Shown here piece by piece: positions 7,819 to 17,195 of a stretch of 64,000 bases of DNA. The first letter of the stretch is position 1. Every line of letters starts with the position of its first letter. Source of the DNA: a virus. The notes below the pieces were generated by a model. It made no database searches. It was not told the origin of the DNA and saw nothing but the letters and a program-made list of their open reading frames with translations. Location of the stretch: the IMG/VR virus record IMGVR_UViG_3300043397_000067, positions 1 to 64,000 of that record; one strand, written 5' to 3'. Made by a program: the position numbers and the translations under genes.

Positions 7819-8229
7819 ATGACCAGAGCACTACTACAGCAGGCGCTGATGGCATTGGAAATTGGAGATAGCTTTAATCCGGGTGAAGCCCGGAGCATCT
7901 TGAGAAAGGTACTTGCGAAGCCTGAGCAGGAGCCAAAGCCGCTACCCGGCGCAGACTGGACTATTGACATACGCCGAAGGATGAATGGCGGCTGCTCAAA
8001 ACGTAAATGCGTATGCAAGGCGGAAGATGCACCAAACTGCATCTGGTGGGACGAGCCGGGTGATATACCACAGTCAGTACAACCAGCGCAGGAGCCGCTG
8101 ACCCTCGAAGAAATACGTGGACTGCTTACATCGGCGGGCTATGACAAATCTCCAGCACAGGCGCACGTTGATTTTGTTAACGGCCTTCGTCGTGGCGAGG
8201 AAGCTCATGGCATCGGGGGCAAAGCATGA
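7819..8229 (+). CDS. Hypothetical protein
   Basis: AAGGA before the ATG at 7819; RALLQQALMALE N-terminus. Confidence 0.6.
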   Translation: MTRALLQQALMALEIGDSFNPGEARSILRKVLAKPEQEPKPLPGADWTIDIRRRMNGGCSKRKCVCKAEDAPNCIWWDEPGDIPQSVQPAQEPLTLEEIRGLLTSAGYDKSPAQAHVDFVNGLRRGEEAHGIGGKA

Positions 8230-8372
8230 AAGTACCACCGAGTCATCCCGAATACAGCATGAGGTATGTTGAGTGCTCAAGATGCGGGTGTAGGTCTTTG
8301 GGTGATGTTGTTATTTTTCACTTAATCAACTGCCCTACAACAGCAGGAGGCAAAGCCTGTAAACATGAGTAG
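8226..8372 (+). CDS. 48-aa Cys/His-rich protein (not in ORF track)
   Basis: MKVPPSHPEYSMRYVECSRCGCRSLGDVVIFHLINCPTTAGGKACKHE; ATGA overlap. Confidence 0.5.
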   Translation: MKVPPSHPEYSMRYVECSRCGCRSLGDVVIFHLINCPTTAGGKACKHE

Positions 8373-8655
8373 CATACCAGATGCAATTAAGACTCTATCT
8401 GCTGCGGTAGAGAAAGAGCATAAAAAGAAGCTGTCGAAGCTTCAATCTAAGCTCAACGCTGCAAATGTACGTGCAGATCAGTGGAGAGAAACTGCCCGTA
8501 AGTATCAAAAGCAGCTACTTGATCGTAGCAAGCTGCCGGATGAAGCGGTACAAACGATCAAGGACCTTCAAGTCGAACTTGATCGACTAGATCATCACGC
8601 AGGCAGTAAAGCCTACTCAAATGCAACAGACTTTTTAAGGAGAGCTAGGAAATGA
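8365..8655 (+). CDS. Hypothetical coiled-coil protein
   Basis: Operon packing. Confidence 0.6.
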   Translation: MSSIPDAIKTLSAAVEKEHKKKLSKLQSKLNAANVRADQWRETARKYQKQLLDRSKLPDEAVQTIKDLQVELDRLDHHAGSKAYSNATDFLRRARK

Positions 8656-8957
8656 TTACAGTAGAAATTACGTTGTTTACCATCAGGCTTGAAGGTAAGC
8701 TACTATATGCAGTACCCATCAGAGATGAGGAAGAGGAGGTGATGTACTCATACCCAAAGGTGCATATGCCAAATATAGCTGAGTTTGTCGGAGAGGTAAG
8801 TAGGGTGTACGCTAGATACCCGGAAGCAATAGGTGGTGCAGTTATCGCCTATACGGGTGATAGTACAGATGTGCGTATTAGTACATACGCAGGAATGATG
8901 CCCTCAATTGGTAAGCTTGTAGCTGCAGTCGAGACAAAGACAGTAACCGTAGTATAG
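8652..8957 (+). CDS. Hypothetical protein
   Basis: ATGA overlap. Confidence 0.6.
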   Translation: MITVEITLFTIRLEGKLLYAVPIRDEEEEVMYSYPKVHMPNIAEFVGEVSRVYARYPEAIGGAVIAYTGDSTDVRISTYAGMMPSIGKLVAAVETKTVTVV

Positions 8958-8996
8958 GGTTAGCCCTAATTGGCAACAAAACTTGAAAGGAACAAA

Positions 8997-9293
8997 ATGG
9001 GATTTCCAGTACATAACCCGTTTGTTGCAAAAGCGCAACAAGCCAAACGCAAGAAAGCAGTTGGGTGGCTTGCAGTAGGCGGCATCATGGCCGTTACATT
9101 TTTATCCGGTGCAGCCACAATGCTGCCCGTTAGCGACAAGTTGGTGGCAGATGCCTACAGCAAAGGCTATAAAGACGCAGTGGAGAACACAGAGTGGTCG
9201 GAAGTAATACTGAGCAATCAGAAGCAAGTGTCAGCAACGTGCAACCAGTGGTGGTTCGGAATGAACGCCTCGCAGCGTGTGATAAGGAGATAG
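8997..9293 (+). CDS. Hypothetical membrane-anchored protein
   Basis: RBS AAAGGA before the ATG at 8997; one hydrophobic segment. Confidence 0.6.
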   Translation: MGFPVHNPFVAKAQQAKRKKAVGWLAVGGIMAVTFLSGAATMLPVSDKLVADAYSKGYKDAVENTEWSEVILSNQKQVSATCNQWWFGMNASQRVIRR

Positions 9294-9297
9294 AGAA

Positions 9298-9591
9298 ATG
9301 CAGAAAGCAAGGGCTATGGCCGTTTCCCTCGGCCTTGATGCACCAGAAGACACCTTCAAGTTCGATACCTCAGTTGCCGCTGCCTTTAGTGACGCTTATA
9401 TCCGGGAGCGGTGCAAGTACCTAGGAATGAACAGCATCTTTAACCCAAAGATACTTGAAGTAGAGGCCCAGTGGCGCATAGTATATAGAAAAGAGGGTGC
9501 AGTCAATTCAATAGTAATTGCTGGCAACTCCAAGTCTATATCGGAAGGCTCCACTGGTTTAGAGATTTTGAACATGGAGAGAATTAAATGA
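9298..9591 (+). CDS. Hypothetical protein
   Basis: RBS AAGGAG; operon packing. Confidence 0.6.
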   Translation: MQKARAMAVSLGLDAPEDTFKFDTSVAAAFSDAYIRERCKYLGMNSIFNPKILEVEAQWRIVYRKEGAVNSIVIAGNSKSISEGSTGLEILNMERIK

Positions 9592-9836
9592 GATTTGAAA
9601 ACATTTGGGATGCGGTGAAACGCGTAGAAGAGCTTGAGGAGCAGGTATCTTTACTAACTAAGTCTTACGTAGACTTGAGCAAGGAGTACAACGGCCTTGC
9701 TTCTTTATCAGAGCAGCAGGAACAGGGACTCAAGATGTATGAGTCGCACATCACTACTGCTCAAGGCGTGTTTGAGCGACTTGGTGTGGCAAAGGAAGTG
9801 CCACTGTTTATGGCACTCATGAGGGACCCAGTATGA
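9588..9836 (+). CDS. Hypothetical coiled-coil protein
   Basis: ATGA overlap. Confidence 0.6.
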   Translation: MRFENIWDAVKRVEELEEQVSLLTKSYVDLSKEYNGLASLSEQQEQGLKMYESHITTAQGVFERLGVAKEVPLFMALMRDPV

Positions 9837-10015
9837 GCGACTACATGAGAAGTGTGCTAATGCTTGTAGTTAGCATAGTGTCACTGCTAACCCTGCTAGT
9901 TGCTGCCGTCAAGTTTCCAGTGTCAGATGGTTACGTCCTTTCTGGCTTATTCTTGTCAGCATTTATCAACACGTTTGCAATCGTAGTAAACGCAATCCGG
10001 GTATTTAAAACATGA
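9833..10015 (+). CDS. Small two-TM membrane protein
   Basis: Two hydrophobic segments; ATGA overlap. Confidence 0.6.
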   Translation: MSDYMRSVLMLVVSIVSLLTLLVAAVKFPVSDGYVLSGLFLSAFINTFAIVVNAIRVFKT

Positions 10016-10263
10016 ACATTAATGTACTATACGCCCAACAGGTAGAGATTCATATCCTGCGACGAGAGGGCGCTATCGTGGATGTTTACACAGACCCTGA
10101 ACAGTGTAAGCGAGACATGAAAACCTTGCGTAAGAACTCTGAGTACTGGCGCATTGAGACGCGTCAAACCGCACCGCACGGGCTTACCAGCCTTCCAGCC
10201 CCGGAACTTCACACAAAGAAGGTACGTAGAGTGCCAGCAGGGACTATCAGTGGTGCATTTTAG
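10012..10263 (+). CDS. Hypothetical protein
   Basis: ATGA overlap. Confidence 0.55.
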   Translation: MNINVLYAQQVEIHILRREGAIVDVYTDPEQCKRDMKTLRKNSEYWRIETRQTAPHGLTSLPAPELHTKKVRRVPAGTISGAF

Positions 10264-10441
10264 TACAGAACGGATACTGCACTGGCTAATATTACTGGTG
10301 CTAGCAGCACTAGGTTACTGCGTAGGGGTTGGTATTCTAGCTTATAGAGAGTCGGAAAGAGCTAGAATATGTAAGTACGAACATGGTGGAGTCTACATCA
10401 AGGAGCAGAACCTGTGCAAAGTAAAAAGAGAGGCAGCTTAA
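10250..10441 (+). CDS. Small membrane protein
   Basis: GTG start within track ORF 10154..10441; one TM then C...GG.....C. Confidence 0.5.
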   Translation: MVHFSTERILHWLILLVLAALGYCVGVGILAYRESERARICKYEHGGVYIKEQNLCKVKREAA

Positions 10442-10611
10442 GCTCTATAGCAGATATTATAGCTGCGATAGAGCGGGATAAGGTGAAGTCCCGCTTAAAA
10501 GCTGCATTTGGTTCTGCTAAACCAGCAAGGGTAAAATCTATGGAAGACCCACTTGATACAACTGCAGGCATTCGTGCTGCAGATAAATTAAGGAAAAGCA
10601 AGGATGCCTAG
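10414..10611 (+). CDS. Hypothetical basic protein
   Basis: AAGGAG upstream; operon packing. Confidence 0.5.
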   Translation: MQSKKRGSLSSIADIIAAIERDKVKSRLKAAFGSAKPARVKSMEDPLDTTAGIRAADKLRKSKDA

Positions 10612-10963
10612 TGACCTTTACGATAGACCAGTAGGTCTGCTAGACCTTAAACAAGGGTCAATTATTTCCAACGCTACTGCGGGACCTTGGTATCACTGCC
10701 AACCATATATGGCGCTACCGTCGCGCATGACTATTCACGGTAAGGTCCCCGGTACAAGGGTGGACTTTGTTTCAACAAAGAAAGCGCCAATACATAGCAA
10801 AATAATCTCCCCCGCTCAGGGTAGAGATGCCTGTATGTCTTCTGATGACATGGCGTTCATAGCTGAGTTCAACCCTGTTAAAGTTAAAGCACTACTTGAC
10901 TATATCGAGTACTTAGAAAGGAAATTAGATGGACTTGAACCTTGCCTGTTCACAAGCACTTGA
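10604..10963 (+). CDS. Ead/Ea22-like protein
   Basis: ATAGPW ... DDMAFIAEFNPVKVKALLDYIEYLE signature. Confidence 0.7.
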   Translation: MPSDLYDRPVGLLDLKQGSIISNATAGPWYHCQPYMALPSRMTIHGKVPGTRVDFVSTKKAPIHSKIISPAQGRDACMSSDDMAFIAEFNPVKVKALLDYIEYLERKLDGLEPCLFTST

Positions 10964-11387
10964 TAGAATTAAGGACTCAATAGACATGTCAGTAGCCAGT
11001 CACAAGCTACTGATGACACTCTCATGGATTCGCCATGAGAGAAACTACCCAGAGTTGTACGACGAGTTTCCGGGCATGCTTCTGGACTTGATGGATAAGA
11101 AAGAATACGCGGCGTACCAGTATGCAGAGGCTGGGTTTATCCACGCCTTTAAGAGCCTACTTGGCGGGGAGACCGACAGAAGTGGAGTCTCCCAAAAGGA
11201 CTGGCAGCAGATAAAAGAGAGTGTTTGGAAGTTGCAAGATCAAGCAGCTTTGGCGGGGATTGCATCAACCCTTGCGAGAGAACTTGAGATTCAGTTGCTA
11301 ACTAACCACGACTATAAGTACTACGAGTCTGGGATGGAAGCGCTTAGTAGCTATAACTCAGCTTTAGTAAGGAGTAGGTATGTCTGA
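10929..11387 (+). CDS. Hypothetical protein
   Basis: RBS AAAGGA; operon packing. Confidence 0.6.
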   Translation: MDLNLACSQALDRIKDSIDMSVASHKLLMTLSWIRHERNYPELYDEFPGMLLDLMDKKEYAAYQYAEAGFIHAFKSLLGGETDRSGVSQKDWQQIKESVWKLQDQAALAGIASTLARELEIQLLTNHDYKYYESGMEALSSYNSALVRSRYV

Positions 11388-11703
11388 CATTAACATGATG
11401 ATTGCAGAGACTGCTTTGGATAATATGTTCAAGCGGGGCTTCCTTGACATTACTTCTGTAAGAACGGTAGCAGAGTTGCTAGGAAAAGCACAGCAGGGTT
11501 CTGCATGGTTGAAGCTTAGTGCTCTACACTGCGTACACTTCGATAAGATGCCACAGGAACTTAGGATTATGGTCCCGGACCTTATCCGGGAAGCTCTTGA
11601 TATGCCAGAGTTCCAGTTCTCTTTGAAGCCAAAGGTAGTTACTCTTTCTATGGTGGAAGAGGTGCCAAAGGCAAGACCACGTTGGAAACTTTTAGGAGGT
11701 TAG
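11380..11703 (+). CDS. Hypothetical protein
   Basis: RBS TAAGGAG. Confidence 0.65.
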   Translation: MSDINMMIAETALDNMFKRGFLDITSVRTVAELLGKAQQGSAWLKLSALHCVHFDKMPQELRIMVPDLIREALDMPEFQFSLKPKVVTLSMVEEVPKARPRWKLLGG

Positions 11704-11704
11704 T

Positions 11705-12172
11705 ATGGAAGAAGGTACAGTAGTAGTAACCAAGAACAGGCAAGGACAGATTCTTGCAGTTACTCGTCAGGACGAAGACGGTAAGATTTTGAAGATTATC
11801 TCAAAGTCTGAACCGCTGGGTGGATACAGGATAAACACTGACTCTAAGGTAGCAGTAGCTACCGACTATTTCTGGCAAGAAATGAAGTCATGCCCGAAAG
11901 AAGTTACAGTGCAACTACTTAACGAGGGCGGCACAGCTACCTACGGAATTTGGGACGGCAAAGACCCACAGTGGCAGGGGTGGGCTCCTGCACCTAGACG
12001 AAGACTTACTCATGGCATGAAGGGCACTGTACTCAAGCCCTGCCCTGATCGTGATACCTGCAAGTGTGTAATTGATGAATGTACGAAAGAGGGATACTAT
12101 GACGCAAGCCTTGACGCAGTACGAGCAAGACGTAAGGACGAGCTTAGAGCAGGTTTTGATTCAGGCGGATAA
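11705..12172 (+). CDS. Hypothetical protein (DUF551-like W...CP...GW.P.P segment)
   Basis: RBS AGGAGG; WQEMKSCPK...GIWDG...GWAPAP. Confidence 0.6.
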   Translation: MEEGTVVVTKNRQGQILAVTRQDEDGKILKIISKSEPLGGYRINTDSKVAVATDYFWQEMKSCPKEVTVQLLNEGGTATYGIWDGKDPQWQGWAPAPRRRLTHGMKGTVLKPCPDRDTCKCVIDECTKEGYYDASLDAVRARRKDELRAGFDSGG

Positions 12173-12452
12173 AGAAGAACATTGGAACGGCCTACCACGG
12201 GACCTTATCATGTGGATGGATATGTATGAGGGTAATAAGAAAACCCCACGCAACCTGTTCTACCACCTGAGAATGATTGGTACACCAGTACCTAGCTGGC
12301 TTGAGAGTGAAGCAGAGATGAAGAACCTTGATAGCGTACCCAGCAAGGGTACAAGGGTAATGATTATTTTCAGGGCTGTGCTGGAAAACGCTATTGCTGC
12401 CGAGGTAAAATCTCGGGCTAAAGAGGTACAAAATGCTCAGAGTCCAGTCTAA
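12099..12452 (+). CDS. Hypothetical protein
   Basis: GAGGGA before the ATG at 12099. Confidence 0.6.
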   Translation: MTQALTQYEQDVRTSLEQVLIQADKEEHWNGLPRDLIMWMDMYEGNKKTPRNLFYHLRMIGTPVPSWLESEAEMKNLDSVPSKGTRVMIIFRAVLENAIAAEVKSRAKEVQNAQSPV

Positions 12453-12780
12453 ACGTGATGGCTTTTACGTGCAGGAGAAGTACTTGTACTTCTTTTGGAA
12501 AGACAAGCTAGGCCCGGTATCTTTCCACGAAGCTGCGCTTTACTTCTACTCCTCAACGGGCAAGCACCGGCTGCTTGCCATGGATAAAGGCAACAAGTCA
12601 GACCTGTATATGCGCCTTGGTTCCTCACATTTCCCGCCTATCAACTCTGTTATCTTCTTTGAAGCCTGCCGGGCCTTCAAGCCTTTCGATATCGGAGAGC
12701 AGCGCAGGCTGTACCAAGCCTTGCAGAGGTTTGAACAGTCCTGCATTGACAAGGGCACCCACATGAGGACTGGGAAATGA
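12433..12780 (+). CDS. Hypothetical protein
   Basis: RBS GAGGT; operon packing. Confidence 0.6.
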   Translation: MLRVQSKRDGFYVQEKYLYFFWKDKLGPVSFHEAALYFYSSTGKHRLLAMDKGNKSDLYMRLGSSHFPPINSVIFFEACRAFKPFDIGEQRRLYQALQRFEQSCIDKGTHMRTGK

Positions 12781-13106
12781 ACTCAGCCGCTGCCGAGAAA
12801 ATAACAGACATTCTCACAAATACAGCTACTGTTAAGGGTGCGGAGTCCGCAAAGAGAATATCTATCCTTGTAAATGTACTCACATACTTCAACTCCCACG
12901 CAGGACTTGTAGTAGAGTGGTCACAGCTTACGGGTACAGATGCAAAAGAAGCTACAAGTCGGGGTGCCTCAGTTATAGCCGCAGGGCTAGAGCTTGTAAG
13001 GGATATACTGGAGCATCAAGTACAAGCTGGCTACATTAGCATTGAGGACGCTCAAGAGGAAGCTAATACGATCATCAACTTATCAAATGTAGTAGTAAAG
13101 GGATGA
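12777..13106 (+). CDS. Hypothetical protein
   Basis: ATGA overlap. Confidence 0.6.
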   Translation: MNSAAAEKITDILTNTATVKGAESAKRISILVNVLTYFNSHAGLVVEWSQLTGTDAKEATSRGASVIAAGLELVRDILEHQVQAGYISIEDAQEEANTIINLSNVVVKG

Positions 13107-13552
13107 AGAAGAGCTACGCGCAGAGAACGGAAGAAAGCAGATTTTATAAAGCTCTACTGGACGAGAAAACCAGAAAAGAGATGATGCTACACGCAGAGAG
13201 TGCGTTAGACCTTATCTTAACTGGCGTTGGTACTCAGCATGCATGGATGCTAGTATGTACGCTAATAAATATGTCGTACATATGTGATAAAATGTATTTT
13301 GCAAGTTGTGGGCCTGAAATTAAGGCTGCAATGAGAGCACATAAAAACTGCGGAGCAAGGTTTATTTCTCATAGCAGGTACGGATACTCAGGGTTAGAGC
13401 TTGAAGACATAAGGAGTGTATTTGCAATATACGAGCAGCAGCTATCTTTACTAACCCGCGGTGAGTACAACAACATGGTAGGTGTCTTTAACAAGGCACT
13501 TACAGACTTTAACAACAACCCTCAACTATTAAGAGTCACAGATGCAGATTGA
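13103..13552 (+). CDS. Hypothetical helical phage protein
   Basis: ATGA overlap; R....RYGYSGLEL..I.....YEQQL pattern. Confidence 0.6.
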   Translation: MKKSYAQRTEESRFYKALLDEKTRKEMMLHAESALDLILTGVGTQHAWMLVCTLINMSYICDKMYFASCGPEIKAAMRAHKNCGARFISHSRYGYSGLELEDIRSVFAIYEQQLSLLTRGEYNNMVGVFNKALTDFNNNPQLLRVTDAD

Positions 13553-13931
13553 AGTAAACAGCCCGAAACACAAAGCCTTACATGTTCTATCTGTAAACGG
13601 TATCGCTACCTTACACCAGTTAATGGTGCAGTGCCGCGTAAACCATGTGCGGGTAGATGTATTTGAGGAAGACGAAATGAAGCCGCTAACCCGTGCTGGG
13701 CTTGTCACCCGGAACGGCCACCACTTTGCGCCCACGTTCGAGGGCCGCAAACGGGCGATGGAGCTTCGCCAGCAGCAGGGCCAGCCCCAAGTGCCAATGA
13801 CGCCCGGAACGCTCGTGCCGCGCTTTACCAAGACTTTCTATGACGGCAAGGAACTTGGAAGGACTAGCAACCGAGAGGGTGCTTACGACTACAAAGATAA
13901 ACCATCAATCTTTAACGGAAGGCCAGTATGA
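13542..13931 (+). CDS. Hypothetical protein, possible wHTH
   Basis: LTRAGLV.......PTFEG pattern; ATGA-coupled to the ligase. Confidence 0.55.
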   Translation: MQIEVNSPKHKALHVLSVNGIATLHQLMVQCRVNHVRVDVFEEDEMKPLTRAGLVTRNGHHFAPTFEGRKRAMELRQQQGQPQVPMTPGTLVPRFTKTFYDGKELGRTSNREGAYDYKDKPSIFNGRPV

Positions 13932-14887
13932 GTACTAAAAAATGTATGCGGTCAGTAGCCCCTGACTACGAGAAATATCCACTTAGGTTCCCATTCTACG
14001 CCAGCCCCAAGCTGGACGGCATCCGTGGGTATATGGATAATGGCTCCAAAACAAAGTCTGGTAAGACTATACCAAATAACCACATCAGAAACTGGCTAGA
14101 CGAATACATGCCAAACGGTATGGACTTTGAGATTATCTCAGGTGCGCCAAACCTGACCAAGGAAACCTACGCAAAGACATTCAGTGCGGCAATGACCATC
14201 GAAGGTGTGCCTGACTTTGACCTGTATGTGTTCGATGTGTTCAATATGGACGAGTTAACGAAGACCGAACGACTCAGCTACATGAGCAAGGTGCTTGGAG
14301 AGTCTGGCCTTAACGTGCTAGCGCTTGATACCGCCTTCTCAAGACCTTATGTGCATGTACCGGGTACGCAGCGTGTAGTGCTTGTGCTGCCTGTGCGAAT
14401 TGAGAATCAAGAGAAGCTTGACGCCTACTACGACTTGTGCCTTGAGAACGGCTATGAAGGCGTTATAATTGCAAGGCCTGATGGCCTATATAAGCACGGC
14501 AAGTGTACGGAAAAAGAGCAGATTCAAATGAAGCTCAAACCGGAAGACACCAGAGATGCCTTAATCTTGTCTATGTACGAAGCCATGCACAACGGCAACG
14601 AGGCTTTCACAAACGAGATTGGAGAAACCAAGCGCACCAGCCACCAAGAAAACAAGGTTGGTATGGGTACGCTTGGAGGCTTCAATGTTCGTGACCTTAT
14701 ATCGGGACTTGAGTTCAAGGTTGGTCCGGGCAAGCTCTCCCACAAAGAGCGTAAAGAAGCTTGGGATAACCAAGCAAACTATACACACATCAAGTACACG
14801 TCCATGACATACGGTGTTAAGGATGCACCAAGACACCCAAGGTTTGACTCTTGGTTACACGCGGCTGATATTTTCCCAAAGGAGTAA
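13928..14887 (+). CDS. ATP-dependent DNA ligase
   Basis: Motif I SPKLDGIR, YVFD, GYEGVII, KLKP, OB-fold KVGPG...PRHPRF. Confidence 0.92.
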   Translation: MSTKKCMRSVAPDYEKYPLRFPFYASPKLDGIRGYMDNGSKTKSGKTIPNNHIRNWLDEYMPNGMDFEIISGAPNLTKETYAKTFSAAMTIEGVPDFDLYVFDVFNMDELTKTERLSYMSKVLGESGLNVLALDTAFSRPYVHVPGTQRVVLVLPVRIENQEKLDAYYDLCLENGYEGVIIARPDGLYKHGKCTEKEQIQMKLKPEDTRDALILSMYEAMHNGNEAFTNEIGETKRTSHQENKVGMGTLGGFNVRDLISGLEFKVGPGKLSHKERKEAWDNQANYTHIKYTSMTYGVKDAPRHPRFDSWLHAADIFPKE

Positions 14888-14888
14888 T

Positions 14889-15275
14889 ATGGATAGTAAG
14901 CAGTTTATAGAGAGTATCAGTAAGTTCTACTGGTCGCCGCACCCACCAGAAACCTATACGTTTGTCCATAACGGAAAGGTTTCTGGTATCGGCAAGATAG
15001 CTCACAACAACTACGCTGCTTTTAACATAGCATGGGCGCTTACTAACCCAAGCAAAAACCCAGCTACACACGTAGAGGCCATTAAGGTATTCTCTTACGT
15101 AGGTAGTAGGATGGCTATGGAAGTAGAAGGTGCGCCATTGAGCGACTGGGCAACTCTGCTAACGCATAACAAGTTCATTCAACTATACATCAGGAACAGA
15201 AATAAATTTCTTGGCCAAGAAATAGATATCACCCTGAACAAGCTAGTATTTGCAAGTGTCGCTTACAAACTTTGA
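14889..15275 (+). CDS. Hypothetical protein
   Basis: RBS AAGGAG before the ATG at 14889. Confidence 0.6.
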   Translation: MDSKQFIESISKFYWSPHPPETYTFVHNGKVSGIGKIAHNNYAAFNIAWALTNPSKNPATHVEAIKVFSYVGSRMAMEVEGAPLSDWATLLTHNKFIQLYIRNRNKFLGQEIDITLNKLVFASVAYKL

Positions 15276-16662
15276 ACAACTGAAAAAGTTAGTAGACTTT
15301 GAGGGCATGGCAGGCTTTAAGCTAAAGCCGTTGCAAGAGAAGTCTATTGATGAATTAGCCCCCCACCGGAGAACAGCAAACTTCTCCGAGGTGGGGGCTG
15401 GTAAAACTGTGGTCGCTACCGCACTAGCGGCTATGTCTATGGCTGGGCTTACGGTCATTATATGCCCGCCGATTCTTATCGTGCCTTGGGTCAAGTGGCT
15501 CAAGCGGTTCACTAACAAGGTAGTAGACTACCGTGGCAGGTACCGAAAGCTGCTAGATATATTTAGCTACGATGCAGTAGTAATGTCCCACGCTGTCTTT
15601 AGAAAGGACAACAAGAACATACAGACATGGAATGCAAGGAATATCTTCTTGGCCGTAGATGAAGCCCAGTGGCTAAAAAATAGCAACTCCGTGCTTTTCC
15701 GTATGGTATGCACACTTGCCAACGCGCATGAAGATAACTACTTGCACTTGATGACTGGTACGCCAACTAGCAAGCCAAATGATGCGTTTTCGTATATCTT
15801 TTTGAAGACACCCAAGGCTTATAGGTCGTTGACTCACTTCGAGAATCTTCATGTAGCTGATAGAGACTTCATGTATAAACAGCCATCCGAGTGGCGGGGA
15901 CTTGAGATAATCAACGAACATCTGTACAAGCAATCAGTTAAGTACACAAAGGAAGAGGTGCACGGCTATACAACAAAGCCTTTGTTTCCGGATTCTGAAT
16001 ATGAGCTTGACAAGAAGCACCAAGCGCTATACGAGAAAATGGTGGACGAGCAGTTACTGCTGCTACCAGATGGCACCAAGATTGACCTGACTGTAAGTTC
16101 AAGGTTAAGACACGCTCTGCAGCAAGTCGTAGTTAATTACGATTATTACTCTGGGGACCCTACGGTAAGGGCAGCTATATTTGATATAGTTGATCAAACT
16201 ATAGAAGAAGCCGGTATAGAAAAGCCCGGTAACTCCAAATTGATTATTTGGACATACTACAAGCGCACATCAGCAAAAATGTTGGAGTACTTGAAGTCAA
16301 TAGGCATATATGCTGTAGGTGCGTACTCAGAAGTAGACTCTAACAAGTCTTTTCAAATCTTTGATAGTGACGAGAAGTGCCGGATACTTGTGGCCCAGCC
16401 GTCAAGTGCTGGTGCCGGGCTTAATCCACAAGCTTATTGCTGGGAAGCGCTATTTGCGGAGATGTTTACAACACCTATGCTTATGACACAATCTGTAGGT
16501 CGCCTAGACCGAGTTGGGCAGCTACACGTACCACGTATGCGGCTTGCCGTAGCACGGAATACTGTGCAAGTACGGTTGCACCAGATGCTGCTAACTAACG
16601 ACGATACAGTATCCAAGGTGGAAAATAAAAAGGCGTTGCGGGAGTACCTGATGGGGCGCTAA
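15250..16662 (+). CDS. SNF2-family (SF2) helicase
   Basis: EVGAGKT, VDEAQ, MTGTP, GAGLN, QSVGRLDRVGQ. Confidence 0.9.
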   Translation: MQVSLTNFEQLKKLVDFEGMAGFKLKPLQEKSIDELAPHRRTANFSEVGAGKTVVATALAAMSMAGLTVIICPPILIVPWVKWLKRFTNKVVDYRGRYRKLLDIFSYDAVVMSHAVFRKDNKNIQTWNARNIFLAVDEAQWLKNSNSVLFRMVCTLANAHEDNYLHLMTGTPTSKPNDAFSYIFLKTPKAYRSLTHFENLHVADRDFMYKQPSEWRGLEIINEHLYKQSVKYTKEEVHGYTTKPLFPDSEYELDKKHQALYEKMVDEQLLLLPDGTKIDLTVSSRLRHALQQVVVNYDYYSGDPTVRAAIFDIVDQTIEEAGIEKPGNSKLIIWTYYKRTSAKMLEYLKSIGIYAVGAYSEVDSNKSFQIFDSDEKCRILVAQPSSAGAGLNPQAYCWEALFAEMFTTPMLMTQSVGRLDRVGQLHVPRMRLAVARNTVQVRLHQMLLTNDDTVSKVENKKALREYLMGR

Positions 16663-16706
16663 ATCCCAAATCTGAGCTAGAATCCGCCCCTTCATTCGAG
16701 GTTTTA

Positions 16707-17195
16707 ATGCAGAAATTTAACGGCCCACCTCCCCTAGTCCTTGAGTATTCGTTCGCAAACGAAAATGCCAAGCGACTAAACCACCCTTCTTACCTACGCT
16801 GGAAAGACTGCAAATCCAGCCATCGGTTCATGGTATGGGCCAACAAGCAGTTGGTCCACTACACCGTAAAGAATGGAGTACCAGTAGACATTACCAAGTT
16901 CAAGGTTGTAAGCTTCTCAGCGGACAACGAGCAAGGTATGAGGACTAACTGGCTGTCTAGTAACGGGGACAAGTTCACAACTACTACTATGCCACTTGAG
17001 GTCATAGAAGGGTGCTTCCTTTACTCACCAAAGGTAAATGAAGTACGATACGTAGAAGTGGACGGCATCGACGTTCAAGACATACAGTGGTCTATGTGCT
17101 ACAAAGTACCACATAACCCTAAGCTTAAAGTAGAAGGTGGCACCACCCTCTGCGAAGAAGCCCAATTCAAATTTATGTTTGGAGAACATGTGTGA
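16707..17195 (+). CDS. Hypothetical protein
   Basis: TAGAAT plus GAGG upstream; coupled to the primase. Confidence 0.6.
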   Translation: MQKFNGPPPLVLEYSFANENAKRLNHPSYLRWKDCKSSHRFMVWANKQLVHYTVKNGVPVDITKFKVVSFSADNEQGMRTNWLSSNGDKFTTTTMPLEVIEGCFLYSPKVNEVRYVEVDGIDVQDIQWSMCYKVPHNPKLKVEGGTTLCEEAQFKFMFGEHV

